NCBI GenBank assembly: GCA_951406725.2
Contig: OX597816.1
Span: 27,900,001-27,964,000, forward strand
Direction of reading: 5' to 3'
From: Octopus vulgaris
Lineage: Eukaryota
DNA length: 64,000 nt
A model generated the notes under the pieces. It searched no databases. It had not been told where the DNA came from and saw nothing but the letters and a program-made list of their open reading frames with translations. Shown in pieces: positions 1 through 12,782 of the stretch (the first letter of the stretch is position 1; every line of letters starts with the position of its first letter). The position numbers and the translations under genes were made by a program.

Positions 1-544
1 ACGGCTCCATAATGAACCACTTCAAGCTCTGCTGTTAGTTTGAATGCGTCAATAATTCAAGTATTTTCCCGGATCTAACACACGCTCTCTACTAGCAAAT
101 TCAATATTAATATCTTACGTACACACTATATAGGTATGATGATGTTAACAATGGCAATTTAACTATATTTCTTTGGTCACAAATATAGGACAAGTGCGTA
201 CCAACATCATCTAGTTGTGTTTGGAGTTCGAAAAGAATATGTTGCCGATATATTGCAGAAGTTCCTTAAGAAACACGGAATACACTAAGAAATATTTGCG
301 GTTTATGCATAATTGAGAAATGTATAATACGCATAAAGCAAACAAGAAAGCTATCTAAATATCGGGAATCATCAATAAATATCATTATTTTGATAATATT
401 TTCTAAAACACTGGAAGTATATAAGGCCAAATGATTCAGTGCAACAATACGTAACTAAACACGATTGCTCAGTATTCATGACCGATCATTATAAAATAAC
501 CGTTCATTATAAGTAACCGATCATTATAAAATAATTAAACGTGA

Positions 545-690
545 TGTACTGGGAATTATTTTATCGACCGCGAAAGAATGAAAATTATAGTCGACCTCGG
601 CAGAATTTAAACTCAGAAGTAATGAATCGGAAGATATCTCTCAACGCATTTTTCCCGCGGCTAAAGATTCAGTCAACTGAAATCGCCGTG
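545..690 (-). mobile_element. Degenerate tRNA-derived SINE, family A (Nin/Deu-domain-like core)
   Basis: ttttatcgaccgcgaaagaatgaaa..agtcgacctcggcagaatttaaactcagaa matches other copies at 2243, 18813, 27955, 58545. Confidence 0.6.
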
Positions 691-769
691 TTAATAATAT
701 TAATAGTTTCATTTTAAAATAATAATAATAACAGCAACAACAACAACAATAGTGATGATGATGATAATA

Positions 770-1278
770 AATGCCCTATTTCAGTTGCAGGCTGCATCAG
801 GGCTTCCGGTCTTGGTATAAAAGATGCTACAGTAAATATTCTGCTCAATACCACAGATTTTCTTGTCAGTTACTTGACCTTAACCAGTTGACCATGTCCC
901 TTAGTTGCTGACGGTATGTCCATCTCTGATCACGAGCAGAAGTAGTGAGGGAGCATCATAGCCATGTGTTGAGAGGAATTCTTTGGGATTTGGATAATTC
1001 ACCTGGAAACATGGGAGTTTTGCTCAACATCCTTAAACGACACTTATTCTGGGATCTTTTGAGAGAGATGGGCTACTGGGTCTGAAGAACATTCTAACTG
1101 GGCCCCCACCTGCACAGTCAAGCGCTGTTTATCTTGATATGAGATCACGATGTCACGCACAAATGGCTGTGATGCATGTGTCTAGTGTACCCTTATCAGA
1201 CGGGTAGTCATGATGGATATGCCGGATTCGTATATTTTACCCCAGTGTCACTTTGTTGGCATGCACTGCTCTCTCACT
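770..1278 (+). mobile_element. Non-coding interspersed repeat, family D, (AAT)n-associated
   Basis: Near-identical to 56109-56663 (minus) and 52924-53145; ends gcactgctctctcact followed by AAT-like repeats. Confidence 0.8.
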
Positions 1279-1293
1279 GAGTAATAGTAATGG

Positions 1294-2232
1294 TGCCTTC
1301 TACCAATGTGGAAACTAATGTCAGGTGCTTTGGCCAGTGAACTAAATAAGTACTTGGTAAAAAGTGGCGTGCTACCTATTGAACAGAAAGGGTGTGAAAG
1401 GGGAGCCGGGGAACGAAGGATTAGCATTTACTTGATATAATTATCAGGAACTACAATAGAAGACACACGAACCTGAACATGGGATGGGTTGACTATCGTA
1501 AAGCATACGATATGATACCACATTCCTGGATAATAACAAAAACGGAAATGTATGGAGTAGCAGAAAATATGAGAGGCTTTATATGGAATAGCATGAAATG
1601 CTGGAGGACGGAATTGACAGCAGGGAATCAAGTATTAGGAGAGGAATCTTTAAAAGAGACAAAATGTCCCCATTGACCTTCATGATGGGAATGAACCCCT
1701 GGAGTGAAATTCTACTGAAAACAAAGTTGGAGTATGATCTGGAACGAGGTAAGGGAAAACTGAATCACTTGATGTTCATCGACGACCTGGAGCTATTCAC
1801 AAAAACTAAGGCAGAACTAAACAGCCTAGCCCAGACTGTGCGGATTTTCTCCAATAATATTAAGATGGAGTTTGGATTCTCAAAATGTGCTACGATGGTC
1901 AGGACAGAAGCTTGTAAGGGCAGAATGCATATGGTTAACAAGTGGTGAAATGATGGAGGCATTTTAACCTCAGTCCAGCTATAAATACCTGGGAATACTT
2001 GAAGCAGATGGAATCAAGCTCAACGACATGAAGGAAAAGACAAAAAGAGAATAACTGCGGCGAGTGAGGAAAATATTGGTTTCAAAGCTGAATGCCAGAA
2101 ACATAATTTCGGCAATAAACTCGCACGTATTCTCAGAATTTCGGTACGGCACTGGAATCCTGAAGTGGACAGCGGGGGAGCCAAAGGAGATGGACAGGAA
2201 GTCAAAAAAGCTCCTAACGATTCATGGTGTGC
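1294..2232 (+). pseudogene. Frameshifted non-LTR reverse transcriptase fragment, R4/Dong-like
   Basis: Motifs across frames: MGWVDYRKAYDMIPHSWI, IRRGIF..D.MSPL.F, LNHLMFIDDLELF, MEFGFSKCA, YKYLGILE, SKLNARNIISAIN. Confidence 0.8.
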
Positions 2233-2242
2233 GGCGTACGGG

Positions 2243-2395
2243 CTAGTCGATTACATCGACCCCAGTGCTGAACTGATACTTATTTTATCGATCTCAAGAA
2301 GATGAAAGGCAAGTCGATCTTGGCGGAATTTGAACTCAGAACGTACAGACGGACAAAATGCCGCTAAGCATTATCTCGGCGTGCGAATGATCCTG
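2243..2395 (-). mobile_element. SINE family A
   Basis: gtcgattacatcgaccccagt...gatgaaaggcaagtcgatcttggcggaatttgaactcagaacg shared with other copies. Confidence 0.75.
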
Positions 2396-2511
2396 AATAA
2401 CAATTACAATACCATTAAGGAAAAAGGAAAGAAGTGGATTAAAAACAGGAGACAACAGAAAATGAAAGTTGAAATATTGGAATAAAAGAGGTAATATTAG
2501 AGAAAAAGAAA

Positions 2512-2709
2512 GTGGCTAGCTGGCAGAAACGTTAGTAGGCCGGCCAAAATGCATAGCGGTATTTGCTCCTTGCTATCTGAAGTCGACTTTACTTTTCATT
2601 CTTTCGGTATCGATAAAATAAGTACAAGTTGAGCACTGGGGTTGATGTGCTCGGCGTATCCCCTTACACGAAGATGCTGGCCTTTCCGCAAACTTGAAAT
2701 CAATATTAT
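2512..2709 (+). mobile_element. SINE family A (internally deleted)
   Basis: gctggcagaaacgttag head; gtcgactttacttttcattctttcggtatcgataaaataagtac core. Confidence 0.7.
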
Positions 2710-5229
2710 GAAAAATAGCTACACACACACACAACATATTTGCAAAAAAAGAACAACAAACAAGAAATTGAAATAATTATATGTGCGTATGTGTTTGTAT
2801 GCGTGTGTTTGTGTATGTGTGTTTGCGTATGGTGTGTGTTGTATATATACATATAAAGAGATACTAATATAAACATCATAACTTAGAGGATGACAATGAG
2901 AAATTAAGCGACAAATACATAGTAAATGGTTTCGAGAATAGAGAGGAGGAAGAGAGAGAGAGAGAGAGAGAGCGAGAGCGAGAGAGAAAGTGAGAGAGTG
3001 AGTCAGAGAAATGTTAACAAATGTGCGAAGAGAAATGTCGGACGAGACTATAAACTAGAATTGCTGATTCCACATCATCTGGGATTGGTGACACATAACA
3101 ATTGAACAATTGAAAAAATTAAGGATTAAGACTAGAGACAACAGTCTGGGATGCATACGAATGAATGATTATCTTAATAAATGGCAGAGTTTATTGCAAG
3201 CATTTGTTAAGGGAGACAGCAATAATTCATGCGTTACATTATAAATATATTAAACTGAATTATCTTCCGTTTAAACTATTCCCTTTCAATTCCCACAGCC
3301 ATTAGAGTAGTAGTGGCATTCCTTTAAATATCTGCGTCTCTATCATGGTTTCTGATTTATGTGACTCTGTCTGTCTGTCTCTCTGTCAGTCAAACTTTCT
3401 GTCTGTCTGTCTGTCCGTCTCTCTTTCTCTCTCTCTCTCTCTCTCCTTCTATATATATATATATAAATATATATAGGGAGAGTTTACGAAAAAACAACAA
3501 AAGACGAAGACAAGTGGTGTACAAAACAAACAGATGTATTAGTATAACACTCAGGAATAGAAAAAGTCTTATACGTTTCGAGCCTACGCTCTTCTACAGA
3601 AAGGGACACAGGAAAAACAAGGAGAGAAATAAGGAGTGAAAAAAAGGAGAGAAAAAAGGAAAGAAAAAAGGAGAGAGAAAAAAGCGCGTGTGTGTGTAAT
3701 AACACACATACACACATATGTATATCTTATAATAATTCTTCTTGTCATTGCGTTACTTAGCCCGTCGGTAACTCTTTCGCGTGATTAGTTGAAGCGACAG
3801 AGAGAAGACAGAAAAAGGAGAGGAGAAATAGGATAAGGAGTGAGACAGAGAGAGCGAGTAAGAGAAATAAAAAGAGGGAGAGAGAAGCGTCCATGACGTG
3901 AGGTAGGGGGAACCTAATATTTATTGCCTGGTTAAAAAAGGTTAGTTGAAGATAGAGGAGGAGAATTGAAGATATAATTTTAACAGAGGGGCGATATTTT
4001 GATGGTGAGGTTAAGGAAAGGCAGAGAGACGGAGTGAGTAAAGAGAGATGATGGAGGAAGAGAGGAAAGAGAAAACTAAAGGGGAGAGAGGGGAAGAAAG
4101 AGAAGATGGAGAGAGATAGGAGAGGGACAATGGAGAGAGAGGGGAGAGAGAAAGAGAGAGGAGAGATGATGATGGTGGTGGTAGAGATGGAGTGGGTGGA
4201 GATGGAGGTGGTGATGGTGGTGGTGTTGATTAGATAGTGAAAGCTATTCTTTTCTTAAACTAAGTCTTTGTATATCCCTTATCACTTAACGCATGCGCAT
4301 AAGTGCAACTCCGTGAAATATTCACGCTAATGTACGTGGCAGATATATGCAATTTAATTAAACGTTGTATCATATGTATATTGATTTTGCTTATGGGGAA
4401 ATTGGGAAAATAAGAGTGAATATTTATTTGGTGAGTGCTGTGTATAATTCTATAAAATTGTGCATAACGTATATAATGTGTATATATAAAGTGCATTAAG
4501 TAATCATCGTATTCCAATTTCTTTCACTTTTCAATGAGTAGCAGATGAAAAACCATCTTTCCATACAGACATGACACGAAGATGCTGGCCTTTCCGCAAA
4601 CTTGAAATCAATATTATGAAAAATAGCTACACACACACACAACATATTTGCAAAAAAAGAACAACAAACAAGAAATTGAAATAATTATATGTGCGTATGT
4701 GTTTGTATGCGTGTGTTTGTGTATGTGTGTTTGCGTATGGTGTGTGTTGTATATATACATATAAAGAGATACTAATATAAGATGGAGAGAGAGGGGAGAG
4801 AGAAAGAGAGAGGAGAGATGATGATGGTGGTGGTAGAGATGGAGTGGGTGGAGATGGAGGTGGTGATGGTGGTGGTGTTGATTAAATAGTGAAAGCTATT
4901 CTTTTCTTAAACTAAGTCTTTGTATATCCCTTATCACTTAACGCATGCGCATAAGTGCAACTCCGTGAAATATTCACGCTAATGTACGTGGCAGATATAT
5001 GCAATTTAATTAAACGTTGTATCATATGTATATTGATTTTGCTTATGGGGAAATTGGGAAAATAAGAGTGAATATTTATTTGGTGAGTGCTGTGTATAAT
5101 TCTATAAAATTGTGCATAACGTATATAATGTGTATATATAAAGTGCATTAAGTAATCATCGTATTCCAATTTCTTTCACTTTTCAATGAGTAGCAGATGA
5201 AAAACCATCTTTCCATACAGACATGACAC
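2666..5229. repeat. Complex local duplication: A(2666-2872)...B(4130-4577) A'(4574-4780) B'(4782-5229)
   Basis: Direct comparison; identical 85-aa ORFs at 4260 and 4912 (offset 652); only one mismatch noticed in B. Confidence 0.95.
3475..3700 (-). mobile_element. Short (TA)n-anchored PLE-derived element, family H1, with minimal hammerhead-like motif (3569-3602)
   Basis: Reverse complement reads ttt CTGTAGA a gagc gtag gctc GAAA cg TA; homologous to 29636, 41111, 50241. Confidence 0.8.
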
Positions 5230-5354
5230 AGAACACACTTGGGTTTTTTGGAGAGAGTTTTCAGAAATAACCCAAGAGGTTAACAATTAAATCCGTGAAA
5301 TATTCCCGGGTCTAGTTAGTATATATAAATATATGTGTGTACGGTTGTATTTCT

Positions 5355-5530
5355 TCTCGAAGCGATGAAAATATTTTGGCAAATTAAATTTAAATGTTGA
5401 AGAGGATCTAACGGTTTTTGGTTTTTGTTTGTTTTTAAATATCTTATAAACACTTCCGCGCTGCAATTCTTTTCGTTTCAGCACACGGTCTCAGATCAGG
5501 TCACAGGCTATGCAAGTACATCTCCGTAAT
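5355..5530 (+). mobile_element. Family H3 element, truncated within the hammerhead stem II
   Basis: Homologous to 59765-59994; retains gcgat GAAA atat tt tggcaaa; ends catctccgtaat before (TA)n. Confidence 0.7.
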
Positions 5531-5544
5531 ATATAAATGAATAA

Positions 5545-5582
<38 letters not shown>

Positions 5583-5617
5583 ATGTGCGTGTATGTGTGC
5601 GTGCGAGTATTATATAT

Positions 5618-5783
5618 AGGCGTAGGAGTGACTGTATGGTAAGTAGCTTGCTTACCAACCACGTTGTTCCGGGTTCAGTCCCACTGCGTGGCACCTCAGG
5701 CAAGTGTCTTCTACTATAGCCTCGGGCCGACCAAAGGCTTGTGAGTAGATTTGGTAGACGGAAACTGAAAGAAGCTCGTCATG

Positions 5784-5854
<71 letters not shown>

Positions 5855-6065
5855 TTTTGTGTGTCTGTGTTTGTCCCCCAACATCGCCTGACAACCGATG
5901 CGGGTGTAATTTACGTTGCCGTAACTTAGCAAAAGAGACCGATGGAATAGGTAGTAGGCTTACAAAGAATAAGTCCTGGGGTCGATTTGCTCGACTAAAG
6001 GTGGTGCTCCATTATATTCACAGTCAAAGGACTGAAACAAGTAAAAGAGTTAAAAGAGTAAGAGA
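5618..6065 (+). mobile_element. tRNA-derived CORE-type SINE, family B, with internal microsatellite
   Basis: Pol III A-box-like gtgactgtatggtaag, B-box gggttcagtccc, CORE-like acctcaggcaagtg, tail aagtaaaagag; many copies in window. Confidence 0.9.
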
Positions 6066-6446
6066 GAATAATGGTTGTTGGTGCCTGCAGTCACCTATAT
6101 TATTGATTCTGTTATTATCATTTTTAATTGTTATATTAGATAATAATAGAGTCAATGATATCTTCGCAAATATTTTCCCCATAAATCAGTTGCAGCGCAG
6201 ACCTCAGCGTGATGGGTTGGGGCTCTCCATCATGGTAACTCGTGGTGGGGAAGGTGAGGCTGTAATGCCAGGCCAGAAACCGATCGATGTGAGTCCAAAT
6301 GCTTGAATTCATGTTGAGAGATTGTTTTAGCCCGTTTGCCTTCAGACTGTTGAATTCTGTAGTTATTATCGGTGAATTTTGTGGATTTAAATTAGAGATT
6401 TGACTGTTATTTCCAGCAGGTAGATATATTAATTTTAATCCTTCAG

Positions 6447-6523
<77 letters not shown>

Positions 6524-6591
6524 CATACATATATATTTATATACGTTTATACATACACACACACATATACATACATGTATTTATATATCTC

Positions 6592-7575
6592 TAGCAGACG
6601 AGGTATATATATAGGATGCAGCTGTGCAACGTTTTAACCAGCTACAGATGTCTTCTCGGTGTAAAAAATCGCAGTAAAATCCGTTCGAACGGACAGCAAT
6701 GTTGAAGTGGTAACGAACATTACTTGCTAGTACAACTACTGCGGTGATCTCTTAGACTATGTGCCGCCTGAAATTAAATATATTGCGAGTAGTAGTGAGC
6801 TGCTGCCATCTCTAGGAGACTAGGAGTTCGTCAAGGGTGTCCCCTGTTACCGCTTCTGTACGTGTTGGCTCTTGCGCCATTACTGCGGAAGTTAGAGAAT
6901 TTGGGGTGCACCCCCAATGAAATCGGATGCGGTAAGTCTGTCTCTGCTTATGCATCATCTTGTCCAATGAAGCTCAGCCACCTTGTGTAGAGGACACTAT
7001 CTAAGGGTACGAGGTGGTGGTAGGGGCAAAAGTTAACAAGGACAACTCCATCGGCTTGCGCCTCGGCACCTACAGGAGCAAGCCGATATCGTCCAGTGCT
7101 GTGGGTCACTGGACAGATGGTCCTGTTAAGTTGCTTGGTGTTTGATTTGGACTGGACTCCCAGACGGAGAAGAATTGGAGGAGACCCTAGACAGGGAGGA
7201 GACCCTAGACCGGACATGGTCCGGACGGGCTCAGTTCCTGAAAGGAAGGGTGGAGTTGGTACAGGTATTTATTGCATCTGTAATCACCAACCACATCTGT
7301 AATCACCTACCGCATTTGTATTTGTGTACATTTCTCTGTATTTTTTTCGTCCTTGTTTTCGTATGCGCTTAGCTTAGTTTTTCCTAGGGTTGGCCAGATT
7401 GGAGCAATCTCGAGTATAACCAGCCGAAATTGCCAAAATAATCTGAACTCGACTAAGGATACAGAACTCAGAATGACTCGTCCTTGTTTTCTTTGTAACG
7501 TCTGTCAAGATGTCTTGTTCCCTTTTTTGTATCACCTATCTGTCTGGATGTTTTGCGTTCTTGTCCAATTTTTGT

Positions 7576-7576
<1 letters not shown>
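6592..7576 (+). pseudogene. Internally deleted Tx1/L1-clade LINE remnant
   Basis: From 6823: GVRQGCPLLPLLYVLALAPLLRKLE...VSAYA; later HWTDGPVKLLGV*FG..QTEKNW and WSGRAQFLKGRVEL; followed by (TATC)n. Outer boundaries uncertain. Confidence 0.65.
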
Positions 7577-7788
<212 letters not shown>

Positions 7789-8198
7789 ATTTATATGTAT
7801 GTATTACTATCTTACAATAACTTGGTTAAAATGAAGGATTCTGTTATAAGGAGTTTCTTGTTCAAGTCAAAATTTCTCTCACTATAATATTGAATGTTGA
7901 AATTATAAAAGATCACAAACTATGATGTGTTCCTGTGCTTGCGTGCATAAACTAAGCAAATATTTCTCGAAAGAGATAGATAGAAGAAGCAATGATGCCC
8001 TTTTTCTGAATTGCACGTAATGATTAGATGTTTAATTTGTGCTAATTGCTACTGAAAATATTTAATTTCCAACGGTATGAATCGTAACGAACATTAATTT
8101 ACCAAGTCAATAAATTTTGACCTACATACTGACAAAATATGTATAAACCGGTGTATGCCTGAGAAATGAATGGTTGTCTGTGTGTGTGTATGTGTGTG

Positions 8199-8276
8199 TA
8201 CATGTTTATACATACACACTTATACATACGCATAAAAATACACGCACTCACATATACACCCATCCACACATGTATA

Positions 8277-8327
<51 letters not shown>

Positions 8328-8477
8328 AAGTATGTGAATATATAAGTACGTATGTATGTATGTATACACACACATATACGCACATACGTACTCGCAAACG
8401 TACACATATACATACACAAAGACAGATAAAAACACATAGACAAACATACACACGCACGCATACGTATATATATATAT

Positions 8478-8510
<33 letters not shown>

Positions 8511-8606
8511 AATATATATATATATGCATATACATGTGTGGTTGGGTGTATATGTGAGTGCGTGTATTTTTATGCGTATGTATAAGTGTGTATGTATAAA
8601 CATGTA
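8199..8606. repeat. Inverted repeat with arms of about 90 bp (8199-8290 / 8515-8606)
   Basis: Reverse complement of the left arm matches the right arm with one mismatch (gatggg vs gttggg). Confidence 0.9.
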
Positions 8607-8665
8607 TGTATAAACATGTGTATGTATAAACATGTATAAACATGTATAAGTGTGTATGTATAAAC

Positions 8666-8709
<44 letters not shown>

Positions 8710-8925
8710 GTAACCTCGTGAGTACCGCTGCCGATTTTTTCCCTCTGTCTTCCCTTCTCGGGATCTTTCCTTTCTCCTATGTTTCCGACGAAGAGCTCCG
8801 CTCGAAACGTTGAACCCCGCTTCTTCCCTTCTTTCCTGAACGTCCAATAATACTTTATTTGTTCCACGTCCTCGCGTTGCTGTGTTTTTTTTTGTGTTTT
8901 CCTTTTTGTGTTTTCTTGTTTGGAT

Positions 8926-8929
<4 letters not shown>
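8710..8929 (+). mobile_element. (TA)n-embedded PLE-terminus-like element related to H1
   Basis: Flanked by (TA)n on both sides; shares tcctgaacgtccaataatac and a T-rich tail with H1. Confidence 0.75.
8781..8815 (+). ncRNA. Minimal type I hammerhead ribozyme motif (U4C core variant)
   Basis: gttt CCGACGA a gagc-tcc-gctc GAAA cg TT gaac. Confidence 0.7.
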
Positions 8930-8977
<48 letters not shown>

Positions 8978-8997
8978 CCTATATGTATATATGTATA

Positions 8998-9068
<71 letters not shown>

Positions 9069-9070
<2 letters not shown>

Positions 9071-9265
9071 CTCTTTTACTCTTTTACTTGTTTCAGTCAT
9101 TTGACTGCGGCCATGCTGGACCACCGCCTTTAGTCGAGCAAATCGAACCCGGTACTTATTCTTTGTAAGCCCAGTACTTATTCTATCGGTCTCTTTTGCC
9201 GAACCGCTAAGTGATGGGGACGTAAACACACCAGCATCGGTTGTCAAACAATGCTAGGGGGACAA

Positions 9266-9297
<32 letters not shown>

Positions 9298-9486
9298 ATA
9301 TATACATATATATACATATACACGACAGGCTTCTTTCAGTTTCCGTCTACCAAATCCACTCACAAGGCATTGGTCGGCCCGGGGCTATAGCAGAAGACAC
9401 TTGCCCAAGATGCCACGCAGTGGGACTGAACCTAGAATCATGTGGTTGGTTAGCAAGCTACTTACCACACAGCCACTCCTGCGCCT
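9069..9486 (-). mobile_element. SINE family B, full length
   Basis: Reverse complement of the family B consensus from aggcgcaggagtggc to the aagtaaaagag tail. Confidence 0.92.
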
Positions 9487-9812
9487 ATATATATATATAT
9501 TTATGAAATTACACACTTTCAAGACCTATATTCTTAACCTAAACTGCCATTGTAGTTGGTTATTCTCCCATTTCATTGTTAGTCTCGATAGACTCTTTCC
9601 TATATCCCTGCCGTATTCTTGGGAGTATTCTTTTGTTTTGATTATGGTATTTTTTAATGGAATAATCTTCTCATTCTTCGAATAGAAAGTCACATCAGAA
9701 ACACCTATCCATCGAATGCTGTTATTTATTTGATTATGTATACTTACAAATGTCACATAACCTCCAAAAACTAATCCCCACTATCTAAGCGTTAATTAAG
9801 CCCAATTTAGTT

Positions 9813-10189
9813 GGAGGCGCAATGGCCCAGTGGTTAGGGCAGCGGACTCGCGGTCATAGGATCGCGGTTTCGATTCCCAGACCGGGCGTTGTGAGTGTTT
9901 ATTGAGCGAAAATACCTAAAGCTCCACGCGGCTCCGGCAGGGGATGGTGGTGATCCCTGCTGTACTCTTTCACCACAACTTTCTCTCACTCTTACTTCCT
10001 GTTGTACCTGTATTTCAAAGGGCCGGTCTTGTCACTCTCTGTGTCACGCTGAATATCCCCGAGAACTACGTTAAGGGTACACGTGTCTGTGGAGTTCTCA
10101 GCCACTTACACGTTAATTTCACGAGCAGGCTGTTCCGTTGATTCGGATCAACCGGAACCCTCGTCGTCGTAACCGACGGAGTGCTTCCA
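9813..10189 (+). mobile_element. tRNA-derived SINE, family C, full length
   Basis: A box tggcccagtgg, B box ggtttcgattccc; homologous to 51315-51702 and 57773-58152; flanked by an approximately 87-bp direct repeat. Confidence 0.92.
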
Positions 10190-10958
10190 TTATTTGATCA
10201 TATATACATACTTACAAATGTCACATAACCTCCAAAAACTAATCCCTACTATCTAAGCGTTAATTAAGCCCAATTTAATTACCTACGAAAAAAAGCATAC
10301 AATACCAATGTAAGCGATCCCCACAAACTATGAATTCACTTTCCACTTTACAAGAATGAAAGACAACTCAATAAATGCTTTCCCGACATCACAAAATGCG
10401 TCTGAATAAACATTACCGGACAGAAAATAGAGACTCGGATATTGCTTAGAAAATATTTGTCATTTTTAACCTCGTATATAGTATGCATTAGGGATTTTGA
10501 CCTTTAATTTCTGGGGAAAAAATGCGGATGATACTCGAGGATTTACGGTATACTTTAGTTTTTAAGCCTGGTGCTTATTTATCGTTACTTTTGTCGAACC
10601 GCCATGTTACGGGGACGTAAATACCCTATCACCGGTTGTCAAGCGGTGGTAAGGAGAAATACACACACACACATACAAACAGAGATACACACACAGACAC
10701 ACAAACACGAAAAAACAGGAACGTACTCCTCCTCCCATACATACATACATAAAGACATGCAAACACGCATACACACACACACACACACATATACATATAC
10801 ATACATGTAATACATAAATACACACACACACATATATAGATAGATAGATAGCTTCATTCGGTCTCAGTTCACCAAATCTACTGACATGTCTTTAGTTTAT
10901 ATAAATATGTACATTTTATATATATTATATATATCATAATTTTCCATATCTATCTATC

Positions 10959-11645
10959 TGAAGTTCTCGGTTAGAATCTGGGCTTCGACGATGAAAACCT
11001 GACCCGTCTGTTCAGGACAACTTTTGGGTCGGGACCTATAGACAATCACAAGAGATCCCTGGCCTGGCAGTGCTATCGAGAAGCATTGCCCGTTCGGGAT
11101 AAGCTCTACAGGCACGGTTCGAGACACACCGGACCGACTTGCCCGAGATGCAGTCAGAGCGACGAAACCGTTCTGCATGCGTACGTGCACTATCCAAACG
11201 TTTCGGACCTGTGGGATTATGCTGAACGGCTACTGTTACGTGTGGGACGAGTTCGCTTGGCGGCCGTGTCTATTGTGAAAATTGCTCCGTCACCTTCCCT
11301 TAATCGGGAAGGCAAAGCAGTGTTCATCGTACTGGTGGCCATGGTGAAAGAATGTGTGTGGTGCGAAAGTGGTGGTCTTTCCTTTCTGGACAATCGCTCA
11401 TCAACATTTTCAAGTACCACTTGAAACGGAAGGTGAGAATAGAGAGTCAAGTTTTTAATGAGGCATAGGTTCTCGCATAATATAAACCTAGACGTGTGTG
11501 TGTGTGTGTGTGTGTGTGTTAGTATAAATTCACGTATTTATGCTTGTGAGCTTTTGTGTTTATATTATTTTTATATGCTGACTTTTACACACCCCTCTCC
11601 CCTCACATACATACACACATATATGTATCTATATATATGTACGTG

Positions 11646-11680
<35 letters not shown>

Positions 11681-11801
11681 ATATAAATATACATATGTGT
11701 GTGTATGTGTGTGTAGATACATAAATATATATTTATATATAGCAAAGATGGTACGCGCGAATGACGAAACAACTTTGAGCATGATCCTGTAAATCGATAA
11801 A

Positions 11802-11838
<37 letters not shown>

Positions 11839-12149
11839 ATTTTGTTCTTATGTGTTTTTTCCCTCCCTACCTGAGGCTACCGTGGTCTTTTCTGTAGGCT
11901 TTTCTTTCCACAGATAAACCTAATCTGTTCTTTTTTTTATTACATTTATGATATTTTCTGTGATACGCGATCCATTTTGATCGCATTTTTTGGAAAAACA
12001 CGATCCCTTTTGATCGCATTTTTTAAAAACACGATCCCTTTTGATCGGAAATTTATATCCACTTCCTATTTTGTCTATTTTCAAAAAGAAAAGCTCTGCA
12101 TTATATTTTGTCTACTCTATGTTCTGCCCTGTGTGGCCAATAAAGAAAC

Positions 12150-12150
<1 letters not shown>
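10959..12150 (+). mobile_element. 5'-truncated Tx1/L1-clade LINE (zf-RVT C-terminus plus 3' UTR) in (TATC)n, interrupted at 11456-11741
   Basis: [25 protein letters not shown]...DETVLH; ends aataaagaaact then (TATC)n; preceded by tatctatctatc. Confidence 0.85.
11456..11741 (+). repeat. Copy of the sequence at about 13864-14130 inserted into the LINE
   Basis: gaggcataggttctcgcataatataaacctagacgtg...gtagatacataaatatatatttatatata present at both loci. Confidence 0.9.

Positions 12151-12782
<632 letters not shown>

Noticed and set aside
3740-4250. GA-rich tract with a CpG-containing end, possibly a TE terminus
   Set aside because: No independent second copy or diagnostic motif in the window; cannot classify.
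4260-5169. Two identical 85-aa ORFs suggesting a duplicated gene
   Set aside because: By-product of the local DNA duplication; AT-rich with no recognisable motif or splice context.
6136-6447. About 100 non-repetitive codons open on the minus strand
   Set aside because: Start lies in (TA)n, with no convincing splice acceptor and no recognisable domain; left uncalled.
9813-9890. tRNA-like sequence (also 42113, 44620, 44794, 57773)
   Set aside because: SINE heads with A/B boxes, continuous with SINE bodies and lacking a proper acceptor stem; not tRNA genes.
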